Origin: Marsupella aquatica
Lineage: Eukaryota; Plantae; Marchantiophyta
Direction of reading: 5' to 3'
DNA: 64,000 nucleotides
Assembly (NCBI GenBank): GCA_973895155.1
Contig: OZ316892.1
Coordinates: 1 to 64,000, forward strand
The notes under the pieces were generated by a model. The model was not told the DNA's origin and did no database searches. It saw only the letters and a program-made list of their open reading frames with translations. Shown in pieces: positions 13,377-25,326 of this stretch; position 1 is the stretch's first letter, and each line of letters starts with the position of its first letter. A program made the position numbers and the translations under genes.

Positions 13377-14340
13377 GAACCCCTCCCCCTCCCTCACCCC
13401 CAGCTCGTTACACCCCCAATGCTCAATTAGGGTTGCACACGCCCCCATGTGCACGCACCCCCAAAACTGGGGGCCACCCTCACCCTCAACCCCCATGGAA
13501 CCCCTCCCCCACCCTCACCCCCAGCTCGTTACACCCCCAATGCTCAATTAGGGTTGCACACGCCCCCATGTGCACGCACCCCCAAAACTGGGGGCCACCG
13601 TCACCCTCAACCCCCATGGAACCCCTCCCCCACCCTCACCCCCAGCTCGTTACACCCCCAATGCTACATTAGGGTTGCACACGCCCCCATGTGCACGCAC
13701 CCCCAAAACTGGGGGCCACCCTCACCCTCAACCCCCATGGAACCCCTCCCCCTCCCTCACCCCCAGCTCGTTACACCCCCAATGCTCAATTAGGGTTGCA
13801 CACGCCCCCATGTGCACGCACCCCCAAAACTGGGGGCCACCCTCACCCTCAACCCCCATGGAACCCCTCCCCCACCCTCACCCCCAGCTCGTTACACCCC
13901 CAATGCTACAGTAGGGTTGCACACGCCCCCATGTGCACGCACCCCCAAAACTGGGGGCCACCCTCACCCTCAACCCCCATGGAACCCCTCCCCCACCCTC
14001 ACCCCCAGCTCGTTACACCCCCAATGCTCAATTAGGGTTGCACACGCCCCCATGTGCACGCACCCCCAAAACTGGGGGCCACCCTCACCCTCAACCCCCA
14101 TGGAACCCCTCCCCCACCCTCACCCCCTGCTCGTTACACCCCCAATGCTACAGTAGGGTTGCACACGCCCCCATGTGCACGCACCCCCAAAACTGGGGGC
14201 CACCCTCACCCTCAACCCCCATGGAACCCCTCCCCCACCCTCACCCCCAGCTCGTTACACCCCCAAAAGCTACAGTAGGGTGGCACTCGCCCCCTGGTAC
14301 ACGCACCCCGAAAATTGCGGGGTACCCCCACCCCTAGCCC
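13376..14340. repeat. 121-bp C-rich tandem satellite, 8 copies
   Basis: Units start at 13376, 13497, 13618, 13739, 13860, 13981, 14102 and 14223 (GGAACCCCTCCCCCACCCTCACCCCCAGCTCGTTACACCCCCAATG...). The last unit is degenerate. Confidence 0.97.
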
Positions 14341-14451
14341 CTCCAAAATGCGCACACAACAAACTGGGGGTCAAACTCACCCCCAATATTCAATAATCAT
14401 ACCAGTACTTAAAAAACTGGTATGCCACATGTGAAAACTGGGGATGACACT

Positions 14452-14520
14452 CTAAACCCTCAACCCTCAACCCTCAACCCTAAAAACCCTCAACCCTCAA
14501 CCCTCAACCCTCCTCCCACC

Positions 14521-14551
<31 letters not shown>

Positions 14552-15162
14552 CTCCCAACCTCCCCATCCCAACCCCAACACACAACTCCCTAAACACCAC
14601 ACTCCTCTCAACCTCCCCATCCCAATACCCTCAACCCCCCTCACTCTCAACCTCCTAAACCCAACTCAACACACACCTCCCCCAAAACACTCCTCTCAAC
14701 CTCCGCATCCCAGCCCCACAACTCCCTCAACTTCCCCAACCCATCTCCAACACACAACTCCCTCAACCCCCCACCCCCCAAAACACTCCTCTCAACCTCC
14801 CCATCCCAACCCCAACACACAACTCCCTCAACCCCCCACACTCTCAACCTCCTAAACCCAACTCAACACACACCTCCCCCAAAAACACTCCTCTCAACCT
14901 CCCCATCCCAACCCCACAACTCCCTCAACCCCCCACCCCACACACCTCCACCAAAACACTCCTCTCAACCTCTCTATCTCAACCCCAACACACAACTCCC
15001 TAACCCCCCCACACTCTCAACCTCCTAATCCCAACTCAACACACACCTCCCCCAAAACACTCCTCTCAACCTCCCCATCCCAACCCCAACACACAACTCC
15101 CTCAACCCCCCACACTCTCAACCTCCTAATCCCAACTCAACACAGAACTCCCTAAACCCTAA
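14452..15162. repeat. C/A-rich telomere-like degenerate array (AACCCTC, CAACCCCAACACACAACTCCCTC) ending in CCCTAAACCCTAAA
   Basis: Almost G-free strand; begins with CTAAACCCT and ends with canonical plant telomere repeats. Confidence 0.9.
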
Positions 15163-16725
15163 AGCTGCAAAAGACTTTAATTGGAAATGTTATGGGAGTG
15201 CGGGATTACAAGTGAGCCACCATGAATGCTAGTGGTGTATGAATACTTCAAAAATAATGTTATGGGAGCCTACGGTAACCAGCCGTAAGTAACCCTAATC
15301 AATACTAGCGGAGTTTAAAGGCTTTAATAATAATGTTGTGGGAGTCCAAATGTTGAAACGTCAAGACCGTGCAGTGCATGTAGGAGACCGTGCACTAGGC
15401 TCCCTGAAATGGCCAGAAGACCGGCCTCATTGCACGCGCAGTGAGGAGAAGATATGTACAGGCCTCATTGCACGCGCTGTGCAGAGAAGATATATACAGG
15501 CGTAGGCTGAGGAGCAGCAACAACGGGAGGAAGCTGAATTACAACACCTGGCATTACGGGCCCAAGAGTTTGAGGCGGATCGGGTATAGACCCGAGTGTG
15601 GATTAGCATTGAGTCTAGAAAGTAAATAATATATCACAACTGTACAGAGTGAATTAGTTCTAATCAGGAAGCCTGGTCTTCTTTAATTTGTATCTCATTT
15701 CCCACGTCCAAAATTGAATGGTGACACATTTGATGCTAACGGAGTTTAAAGGTTTCAACATGAAAGCTATGGGAGTCTACGGTTTAACCGGAAATGTTAT
15801 GGGAGCCTCCACTTTAACCGGAAATGTTGTGGGAGTCCATATGCTGAAACTTGGAGACATACCATGCATCGCATGTGAGACACAGCCTTTACATAAGAGT
15901 CTTGTATGGTGGGTTGGACACTGAAGGTGATTTGGGTCCTAGGAGTGTCTGAATGGAGTTGCAACACAGATGGAGGTGAGTAGCAAGGCATGAATACCGC
16001 AACCATGGATGTTGTACAGAAGACAAGCTCCATCACTACAAACTCGGCCTGAAACCATGCCACTGCCACCAGTAAGCATAAAAAATGCAACCATTCGAAA
16101 ACGCCTTCGCTCAAAGACTGCATCCGACAATGACTCGAATCCATCACTTGCTGCAATTATTGACGACGTCAGTACGCCATCCAAGCGACGCAAGATTCAG
16201 GACCCTAAACCACCAGTAAGCATAAAAAACGTAACCATTCGGAAACGCCTTCGCTCAAAGACTGCATCCGACAATGACTCTAATCCATCACTTGCTGCAA
16301 TTATTGACGACGTCAGTACACCATCCAAGCAACGCAAGATTCAAGACGTAGAAGGGAATTTGGAGATGGCGAGCACTGTAAAGGACCACATTGAAGGCCA
16401 GCGACGGGAATTCTCAAAGGCCAAATGAATGCTTCCCGACAAAAATACCAACCCAACAATAATGCAGAAGGGAATTTGAAGGTGACAAGCACATTAAGGA
16501 ACCAGATTGAAGGCTGGTACGGGAATTCTAGAAGCATTGACCAAGCTTTGTTTCCTTTGTATTTCTCACGAACCTAATTGAATGGTGACACTTTTGATGG
16601 TAACGGAGTCCAATGGTTTCAACATGAATGTTATAGCTGCAAAAGACTTTAATTGGAAATGTTATGGGAGTGCGGCATTACAAGTGAGTCGCCATGAATG
16701 CTAGTGGTGTATGAACACTTAAAAA
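15163..16725 (+). repeat. Second copies of the 12258-13376 repeat unit, with an internal 144-bp tandem duplication (about 16066-16347)
   Basis: Direct sequence match; the KRLRSKTASDNDSNPSLAAIIDDVSTPSK peptide appears twice in ORF 16009-16428. Confidence 0.88.
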
Positions 16726-17529
16726 AAAATTGTAGAAGAACAGTAGGGTCTTTTGAATCCAATTTTTGGAATATTCCATCTTTATAGGGGTTAATTTTAT
16801 TTTTTTAAACTTTCATTTTAGGGGGTCCAAGGCCTAAAAACATCGCAGGTGATGGGGAGGTCCCCATATAGTGAGACCCCCGAGGCTGTGCGGAGAAGAT
16901 ATGTACAGATTGCCTCAACAATTTAAATTAAGAGGACTTGTGATGTTAGACACGCCCATGGAGGAGTTGCGAAGTGAAGGTGGGCAAAAGGAGAGCAAAG
17001 GAGAGCAAAAGGGTGAAATAAGGGAAGAAGACACACAGGGTGGGGTCTGATGGCCATGGAGTCGGTCATGGGTGGAGGTGTGGGCAGTTCATCGGGCAGT
17101 TAGGCGCTGCCACGGTCTGGCCAGTGTGGAGAGGCCTGGGAAAGGAAGGGGAGAGGGAGAAAGGGTAGGACAGGTATTTAAGAGGGATTGAAGAGAGTCA
17201 AGAGGGGCCAAGACTGATAAATAACCACCATTGGCCTCCATACATGCAACAACCAACCAAGCTTCCTTCCCCAAAGGAAGAAAAGCCCCACCACACAATC
17301 ACCAACCAAAAAACAAATATGACCTCTTAAAAAACACAAAATGGCAACAAACGTTCCAAAAACTGTCTCCCCACCTCCTAAAAAACATTAATATGGAAAG
17401 AGGGAAAACCTTTCCAAAAATGAAAAAAAATAACTCACTTTGGTCATCCGCCTTTCTCCATCCCTAGCCATCATGCTATACCTATCTGATTAAGTGTAGG
17501 CTGTACCTATATAACTTGCACATCCTGTA

Positions 17530-17830
17530 CCACTATCAAATGTACTCATATGAATTGTACTAACTGTCTACTCTTGAGACAAGTACTCTTAATAAACATT
17601 TGCTTTGGTTTATAGCTTGCCCCCATTTTCAGATAATTCACTCTATCAAATGGACTCATATGAAATCTACTAGCTACACTTGAGCCACATACTCTTATAC
17701 ATTTGCTTTAGTTTATAGCCTGCCCCATTTTCAGATAATTCACTCTATCAAATGGACTCATATGAATTGTACTCATTACACTTGAGAGGCCTCCGCATAC
17801 TTAGAAATGGACTCATATGAATTGTAGAGA
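17530..17830. repeat. Degenerate tandem repeat (CACTCTATCAAATGGACTCATATGAATTGTACT)
   Basis: Core AAATG(G/T)ACTCATATGAA seen four times. Confidence 0.7.
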
Positions 17831-19328
17831 ACAAATGAGAAGGATATCATGGATTCACTCCAAAAAGCTAGTTTGTATATGGACCACATAGTACTCTTTT
17901 TGGCTGGATTGAATATTATAGAGGTTAAGATAAGATTAAGAATCTGAGAGAATAAATTTGGAAACCTATGATGGACTCCCTCCAAAAGCTAGACTGTAAA
18001 CAAAGGAGTAACTGTCTCTGTTTTGGCAGCATTGGAAATTATTGTGGTTGATCTATGTTTGGTTAGACTAAAGGCCCAAATAATTGTCCTACCAACTAAG
18101 CCTAGGAAAAGCATACACTGGGACAGGGTTATAAGACTTCTCCTCTCTAACTTATGAATTCCTGGTATTTGAGAAATAATTGGCCGTGGTGGGTGTGAAC
18201 TTTGAGTCGCCACCTTCCCCATCTAAGGAAAATACAACTCAAGTTGAAAAACATCGAGAAAATGATGGTCCACATTGATTTCTCTTTGTAAGTTTTCGCA
18301 CCTGCAATTGATCTGAAGCCAATCAAGAATGCGTTCTTGACTTTTCGGCGATGGGAAGTCTTCCTAAAGAAGTTTGTACAGAAATATGTACCAATGAGAG
18401 AGAAGCGGAATTGATGCTCAGTCCAATAAATATAGTGAAAATATTCCCACGAATGATTACAGGCTAGTATTCGCACTGCTCTTGCCATCAAACCTGTGGG
18501 ATATATATCATTGCTTCTTGTTCGGTGCTCCGTGAGATACCATGTACAACTCGACTCCCGACGTCGATGCTCTTTGAGAACCAATTTGGATTTCCATTAG
18601 ACCTCCGCAGCTTCTTGCTGGCTAGTGAAGACCGCGAAGTTACAATGCAGTTATTGTACGTAGAGCCTTAAGATTGTCATGGCTGAAGTTTCCAGACTTT
18701 AAAACGGTATGTTCCACTCCCCCGGTAAGCTTCTCTAGCTGCTTTACTTTGTTGGTTTGGTGACCATCGACAACAAGATGTGAGCAATCCGACGTTTTGC
18801 AACTCCATCATTAAGTTAGAAGACAATTGCTTGCGTTTCCTCTGATAGTTGTTCAATTCGTAAGTGGCTCCTCCCATGAGTAGCGAACTACCTACCTTCA
18901 AGGTATCCCAAAAATCTAACTCTGACTCTTAGGCAGTCTATCCAATCATGTAAGGCTACCAGTAAACAAGACTTCAATTATTCTCTTGGGAGCGTTTAGG
19001 GTGCCATCCGATCCAGCCACCGACCTTGTTACCTCGCATGACGAAACCTACAAGCTCGCAACCCCGATCCACATGGCTGCGGAGTCCGATTTCAGTTGAA
19101 GATTTCATTCCGATTTCATTCCGAGGTGATCTAAAGAAATCTGTGATAATTGGCTTCACCGGCATAAAATAGTCATAGAGAGGCTAGATCGAACGTCCTT
19201 ATGGCTAAGTTCAATGGCGCAGCGTAAGCAAGTCTGTCAAAAGTGTCCACTGATTCATCCAGTACGTGTAGCTCGTCAATTAATGTCTGCGTAATTAAAA
19301 TCTACATTTCTTAGGATCTCCTTGCAAC

Positions 19329-20570
19329 TTAACCAGTTACAGACGCTTGATCACACAAAAGAAAGCATACTCGCGTGCTTAACTCCATCAAATTCTGCCC
19401 AGTGATCTGAAGGCCCACTCTGCAATTTAAGTTTCTTGATATCGCGGACTCATCGACTAAAAGTGACAGTGCCTGTGCGATAACCGGCCAAACATCACAG
19501 AAGGCAGCCAATTCTATCCATGAGATGATTCGAAGTAGATGTGCGAACTCCAGTGTTGATGAAACAGCTGAAATGATGTCAGGACAAAACGTAGTTAAGT
19601 AACTTAAGGAGCCAATTTGGAAAGTTGCGCCAAAGGACACATTTCTGGAGACATTGGATCATAACATAATTCTGCAAATTGCAGTTATGAACAGGATACA
19701 ATCTTGACAAGGGGCTGCACAAAACATTTTGTATGAGTTCCTGAATTTCTTGATCGACAACTATGCGTCACAACTACAAATACCTTCTGAATAACTCGAA
19801 GTGCAAGTGTATGCAAAGTTGATGGTACAGTCATATCTTGCACAACTGCAAAAACTCCCTCGAAGATATTGTCGCTAGCTTCTATACCGCAGAATACTTG
19901 TGGGACCAACTTGCTTAAACATTTCAGAGCTACAGCACGGACATTCATTCAAGGGTCACCGGCAATATAAGTAGGTAGGACATCCACCTGAAAGTACCAG
20001 GAAGTATTTTAGTGAAGCTTAGCCTTACAAATTGTCAATGTGGCTCAATTGGAAGAGTATAACGGAAAATCGTGCTATATGGGAGAGGCGAGTTGTACCT
20101 GGTTCCCCATAATAACACTGGACCCAGCGGCAAGCATTGTGAGAGATACGAGCATAGTGTTACAATCTCATCAAGAGGGTATCTTAGCAATATGCACCTT
20201 CCCATCTGCAGGTCGGAACGTCGAACTTAGCACCTTTCTTTCCATCACTTACATATTACAATTTTCCACGTGAGCCACTCTAAAGTACACCTTGCAAAGC
20301 AAAGAAGGCAAATTCTTTTAACATCCGTGAGGTCGCACATCACAACAATCCAAACTACACAAAGACCTAACCCAGCTGAACCGGTTCCAATCTCACCAAA
20401 GCTGAAGTATGGTAACCAAAACAAGAAACGTAGCCCTGCCATGTCCCCGAGAAGTTTAGTCTGGGCACAGTACTGACCTCAAAAGCTTGCAGAGAAAGCA
20501 CAGATGAGTTACCAAGCCTGGCAAAGAGGCGAACTGCCAACACTTTCACCTTAGCGTACATTCTCTGGTC
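19329..20570 (-). pseudogene. Fragments of an ARM/HEAT-repeat protein, possibly Integrator subunit 7-like
   Basis: KVKVLAVRLFARLGNSSVLSLQAFE and VRAVALKCLSKL...LHTLALRVIQKVF look like helical HEAT repeats and resemble plant INTS7 from memory. Interrupted by stops and frameshifts; family not verified. Confidence 0.4.
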
Positions 20571-20724
20571 CCTCGTAGAGAACCCATCCTGACAAGACAA
20601 GTCTTATCTCTGTCATTTCAGAAAATGCACGTCAAGTGTTAGGGGGTGTCGAGTATGTTATATTACAGCAATTTTTTTGTGAATTCTTCACTTTCAGGAT
20701 GGTTTTCAAGTAGTCTATACTTTC

Positions 20725-21258
20725 GTACCAGGAACATCTCTGCCTTCTTTCTCGATTGAAGGCGGACCACTCCGGTGGTAGATGCACACATGTCACCTTC
20801 CACTCTGACTGGTTTGTCAACTTCCTCTGACGTACTATTATCAGGAGCTCTGTAAAATGATGCATTATCCTCAACTGCTACTTTCTCTAAGCTCTTGCTC
20901 TCTGTTTCATGCAATTGCTCTTCATTCCTATCTACTAGTTCAGCATTCCCATTCACAGATCCTAGTCTACTGCTGCCATTCTTCTTCACGGTTGGTTTAT
21001 CAGAGATTCCATTTACATGACCGAAAGAAACATCTGCTTGTTGTGGTCGCTTACGAGCCTCTAGGACGTCCGCCCTTGGAATGCCTGGACTACTCGGGGT
21101 CCATCTATTTGTAGGTCCAGCAATATTTCCATTCAGGAGACCCAATCCATTGCTTGGCGGGGATGAATTCACAATTGGTTTACCTATCCTATTAGAGAAA
21201 AACATTGCAGGCACCTTACGCCGCTTATTTGCACATCACCTTAAACCGTTTAGGGCTT
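20725..21258 (-). pseudogene. NADK2: Internal fragment of a chloroplast NAD kinase 2-like gene
   Basis: VEGDMCASTTGVVRLQSRKKAEMFLVR matches the conserved NADK2 segment preceding the kinase domain; the kinase domain itself is absent. Confidence 0.75.
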
Positions 21259-24060
21259 TGTGATGTGCAAATAAGACCAAGTTTGATGATGGGAAGAACT
21301 TCGTCTTCAGGGAAAAGGCGAAGCTTCGGGTCAACACAGAAAAGGACCCGACCTTCGTCCAGCAGAGCACGAACAAAATCACACAATATTACAACATCAT
21401 CTTCCATATACTCTACGGGCCGTCTTCCTGTAACAAGCTCCAGTAGCAAAACTCCAAACCCATACACATCGCACTTCTCTGTAATTTTCAGGCTTTGACA
21501 TGCAAACTCTGGTGCCATATAGCCCAAGGCACTCTGCATTTTACTGCTCATCACGTAGGAGTCCAGCTTTGGTAGAAGCTTGGCGAGAGAGTAATCTGAT
21601 AGACGTGCCTCGTACTCTTCATCGAGTAGAATATTGGGATTTCACATCGTAATGTCGTAATGTATGAGTTGTGGGGTACATCCATGGTGAAGGTGAGCAA
21701 GCCCGTTAGCTGTACCTAGGGCAATCTTTAAATCTCATGCGCCAGCTCAATGGGGGCTCATCTTCTCGCCTTTCGTGCAGTTGGCTGTACAAGTTACCAT
21801 TCTGGAGGTAGTCATAGACCAGAAGCTGTAGTTGCTCTGTCCAGTAATAGCCTTGCAAGCTTACAAGATGTGGGTGCCTAACATTTCCGAGCATATGAAT
21901 GACCTTTTCAAAATCGTCGCGGGTCTTAACAAGCCTCCCCACCATCAGCTTCTTCATAGCAACAGTCTCGCCATGCGCCAAAACGGCTTTGAACACGGTT
22001 CCAAAACCGCCCCTGCCAATCTCACAGTCTTTGTTGAATATTGCGTGTGTGCTTGTCATCCAGTAATCCGACTTGGGGTCACTTTTCCGAGTGAACATCA
22101 CCAATTTCCCCATTGCCATCTCAGCGGTATTTGGAGATTGAGGATCGCTGTCGACGGTGCAGACATTCAACCTGCGCCTCGTCTGGGTGTACATGTTTAA
22201 TAGAGTGACCATAATCACTCCCAAAGCAATAGCCGCTGCAGCCGAAATAGACGTAATAGCCGAGACGCTCAATATAGTCTGACTTCTCTTGCTCTTGAAC
22301 AGGGGAGAGAGGCCTCCTGGCTGTGAATTCGGGTCGTTTGGATTTATGATGAGTGGGTTGGGAAATGTTGAACACGAGAGGTTGATAGCTGATCCACAGA
22401 GCCCCGTATCCTGGTCAAACACAGAGGTGTTCGTATGATTAAAGACACCACCAGTGGGTATAGGACCCTGCAATTGATTATGAGAGACGTTTATCGCTTG
22501 AAGATTTTGCAGTTGGCCCAGATCGTCTGGTATCTGTCCCGTAAAGAAATTGATCGAGAGGTCCAGAAACTCCAGGTTTACGAGCCGGCCTAATTCGTTC
22601 GGAATCGGTCCTGTCAAATTGTTTTGAGCAATATTCAAGTCTACAAGAGAAGTCGCATTGCCAAGCTCGCCTGGCAAGGAGCCATTGAGAAAATTGCCAT
22701 TAAGCCGCAATATTTGAGTTGAAGGAGCGTTTCCTAAGCTGGCGGGAATGGTGCCGATCACATAGTTGTCGCTGAGGTCAAGGACAGCCAGAAAAGGCAG
22801 AGAATCGAAGTCAATTGGAACATACGACGCTAGCATGTTTCCGGATAAGCTCAAATAGTGGAGGCTGGAGCAGGACGAAAGATTGGGGGGAACAGCACCG
22901 GAAAGGCCATTGTGAGATAGGTCCAGCCACTGTAGATTTTGACAGCCGCCATTTGAAGAGTAATCGGGAACACCTCCAGTGAAGAAATTGTTGGACAGAC
23001 GGATCACCCGCGGAAGAGTAGTCAGCTTGAGGGGAATGTTCCCAGTGAGGTTATTCCAACTGAGGTCGATGGTCTCCAGCGTCTGCAGGGACCGGAAAGA
23101 CGAAGGGATCTGGCCTCCAAATTGGTTCCCAGCCAAATTGAGCGATGTCAAACATATCATGTTGAAGAGCCAAGACGGGATGCTACCGGATAAATAGTTC
23201 CAACCCAAGTCAAAGTACGGAGAGAAACCTCAAGTTGCCCAGCTGGAGTGGCAGCTCGCCAGAGAAGTGGTTCGAGTTCAGAACGAGTTCCTGCAGGAGC
23301 CCACAGTTGCCAAGCTCTGAGGGGACTTGCCCTGAAAAGCCATTTCCCTGGAGACTCAGGGAAGTCAGATTGGTCAAGAAACCAACACCCACTGGAATTT
23401 GGCTTGAGAGAGAATTGTAGGAAAGGTCCATAGTTTGCAAACCTGCCAGAGAAAGAATTAGAAGAGAAGTTCAGTTCCTGCAGTTCCAAGCAAGAGCCAA
23501 CAGAGAGAGGTATCGGGCCCTTAAGCCGGTTATTAGCCACAGAGATGTACCGCAAGCTCTGGCAATCGTTTGAAAAGATCTGCGGAGGGAGTGGTCCCGA
23601 GAGACCATTATTGGACAGATCAAGGGAGTAGAGGCTTCCAGCATTGCCAAATTCAGACGGTATGGTACCGCTGAGGGCGTTGTGACTAAAGTTCATCGAT
23701 CCCAGCTTTGGAATCTGGGCAAGCTCTGGGTTGATGATGCCGGAGAAGTTGTTATAAGCCAAGTTGACACTCTCCAGCTAGTCTAGCTTCAGCAGAGCTC
23801 TCCCGATTGACCCCAAAAGAGAGAGTCCTACCAGATTCAACTGTGTGACTCTGCCACTGCTCGGTCTGCAGATAACTCCGTTCCACTTGCATGGGTTGGA
23901 GTCGTTGTCATTCCAAGAACTAAGCACCGAGTTGGGATCGCTTGAAAACAAGCAGAGCCATTACATCGTCGCTGATGAGCGGCACTGCCCCTGTGCTTGC
24001 CACTCCGCCAAGAAGTAAATGCACCAGACATGAAACCCATAGCTAGCCTCCAGTCGCTGC
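21259..24060 (-). pseudogene. LRR receptor-like kinase (LRR-VII, IRK/PXC2-like), frameshifted and C-terminally truncated
   Basis: Plant LRRs (LDLSxNxLxGxIP), a transmembrane segment, kinase GRGGFGTVFKA and SSKMQSALGYMAPEFACQSLKITEKCDVYGFGVLLLELVTGRRPVEYMEDDVV, spread across several frames with stops. Confidence 0.92.
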
Positions 24061-24374
24061 CCGGACGTTTTTACAATGCTGTGAAATAGGTGAATACGGA
24101 GACCTCCGAGCAATAGGACGTGATTTCCTCAAGAGCGCCATTTCTGCGTTTGTTGATGACTCTCTCATGATTGGATCAAATGATCCCTCATCAGCTGCAG
24201 AATTGGCAACAAGCTGCTGTGGCGCTGCTCTCCTTTGTACTGCGCGTGGGAAGACCGAAATCTAGCGACATTTTCAAACCATGTATTGTGCAGCCGTTAT
24301 GAGCAACTCGCATCCTTTGCTCACGAATTAACTGTCTCCTGTCACGCCCACGGTTTTGCTGCTGAACTCTGCAG

Positions 24375-24605
24375 TTTCAAACGTGGAGCTGGGTGAACTG
24401 GCCGCTAACAAGCTTTTCAAGTTGGAACCCGGTAAGCCCTATACATATGTGCTGCTCTCCAATATCTATGCTGCAGCTGGGAAGTGGAAGAAGGTGTCAT
24501 CTGTGCGCACTATGATGCAACAGAGAGGTGTTCGGAAGGAGCCTGGACGTAGCTGGATCGAAGTTCATAACAAGATCCATGAATTTGTGGTGGGGGATAC
24601 ACATC
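24375..24605 (+). pseudogene. PPR E/E+ domain fragment (RNA-editing type), DYW domain missing
   Basis: NVELGELAANKLFKLEP..YVLLSNIYAAAGKW...RGVRKEPGRSWIEVHNKIHEFVVGD (E domain and PG box). Confidence 0.9.
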
Positions 24606-25217
24606 AAACATTGCAAACATTTAGTAAATCACCGATCTGAGTGGGTTAGGGTTATATAGTATAATAGCCTGAGAAATTGTATGTTTCTACTTAGACGGGC
24701 CCACATGACCACTGGACACGAGCTTCACAGAGCACACATGGAATCTGATGTCAGTAAGGCCCTTTTCTATTATAACTAACCTACCGCTAATTGGTCAAGT
24801 CTAAATTGTGCTAGAATGGAAGAAGACTGATCATAACGCTTGTGCTTTTCAGTGAGTATCGACCCAATTAAACAAGCATCTTTCAAGGAATGAACGAAAT
24901 CTCTCAAATGAATCAGAGCAATGAGTGAGTTGCTGCGATTCTTCTTCCTTCAAAGTCCCTACATATTGCTTTTTGATGTGAAGCTACCACTACCCGACAT
25001 ATGGACAGGGGCCCTAAGGCACTTTCTGTCGGCCTCGTTTCCACCAGGCTGCTCCTACTTGGATGTCAATGTCTACCAAGGTGATTGCAGTGGTGATGCC
25101 ATAGACCCTAATCTGTCACTCCGAATAATGTTGGACCCAGCAAAGCTGAGCTTAGAATAAACAATTGGGCAGCAACAGGCGTTTGATACCCAACGACGAT
25201 TGGAATGGATTGAATGC

Positions 25218-25261
25218 CTCTCTCCTCTCCTCTCCTCTCCTCTCCTCTCCTCTCCTCTCCT
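25218..25261. repeat. (CTCTC)n pentanucleotide microsatellite
   Basis: About eight tandem TCTCC units. Confidence 0.9.
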
Positions 25262-25326
25262 TGTCTCTGCTGCTGCCTTTTGAGCTGCAATCGGAAGCGC
25301 TTCATCTTTCTTCGAGAACTCTGGCG

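Noticed and set aside
13221-14847. Proline-rich, extensin-like ORFs
   Set aside because: They are translations of the 121-bp satellite and C-rich array; the unit length is not a multiple of 3, so the same peptides recur in all frames.
16009-16428. ORF with NLS-like KRLRSK/KRRK repeats
   Set aside because: It lies in a repeat whose other copy (about 12580-12900) is frameshifted; no domain evidence.
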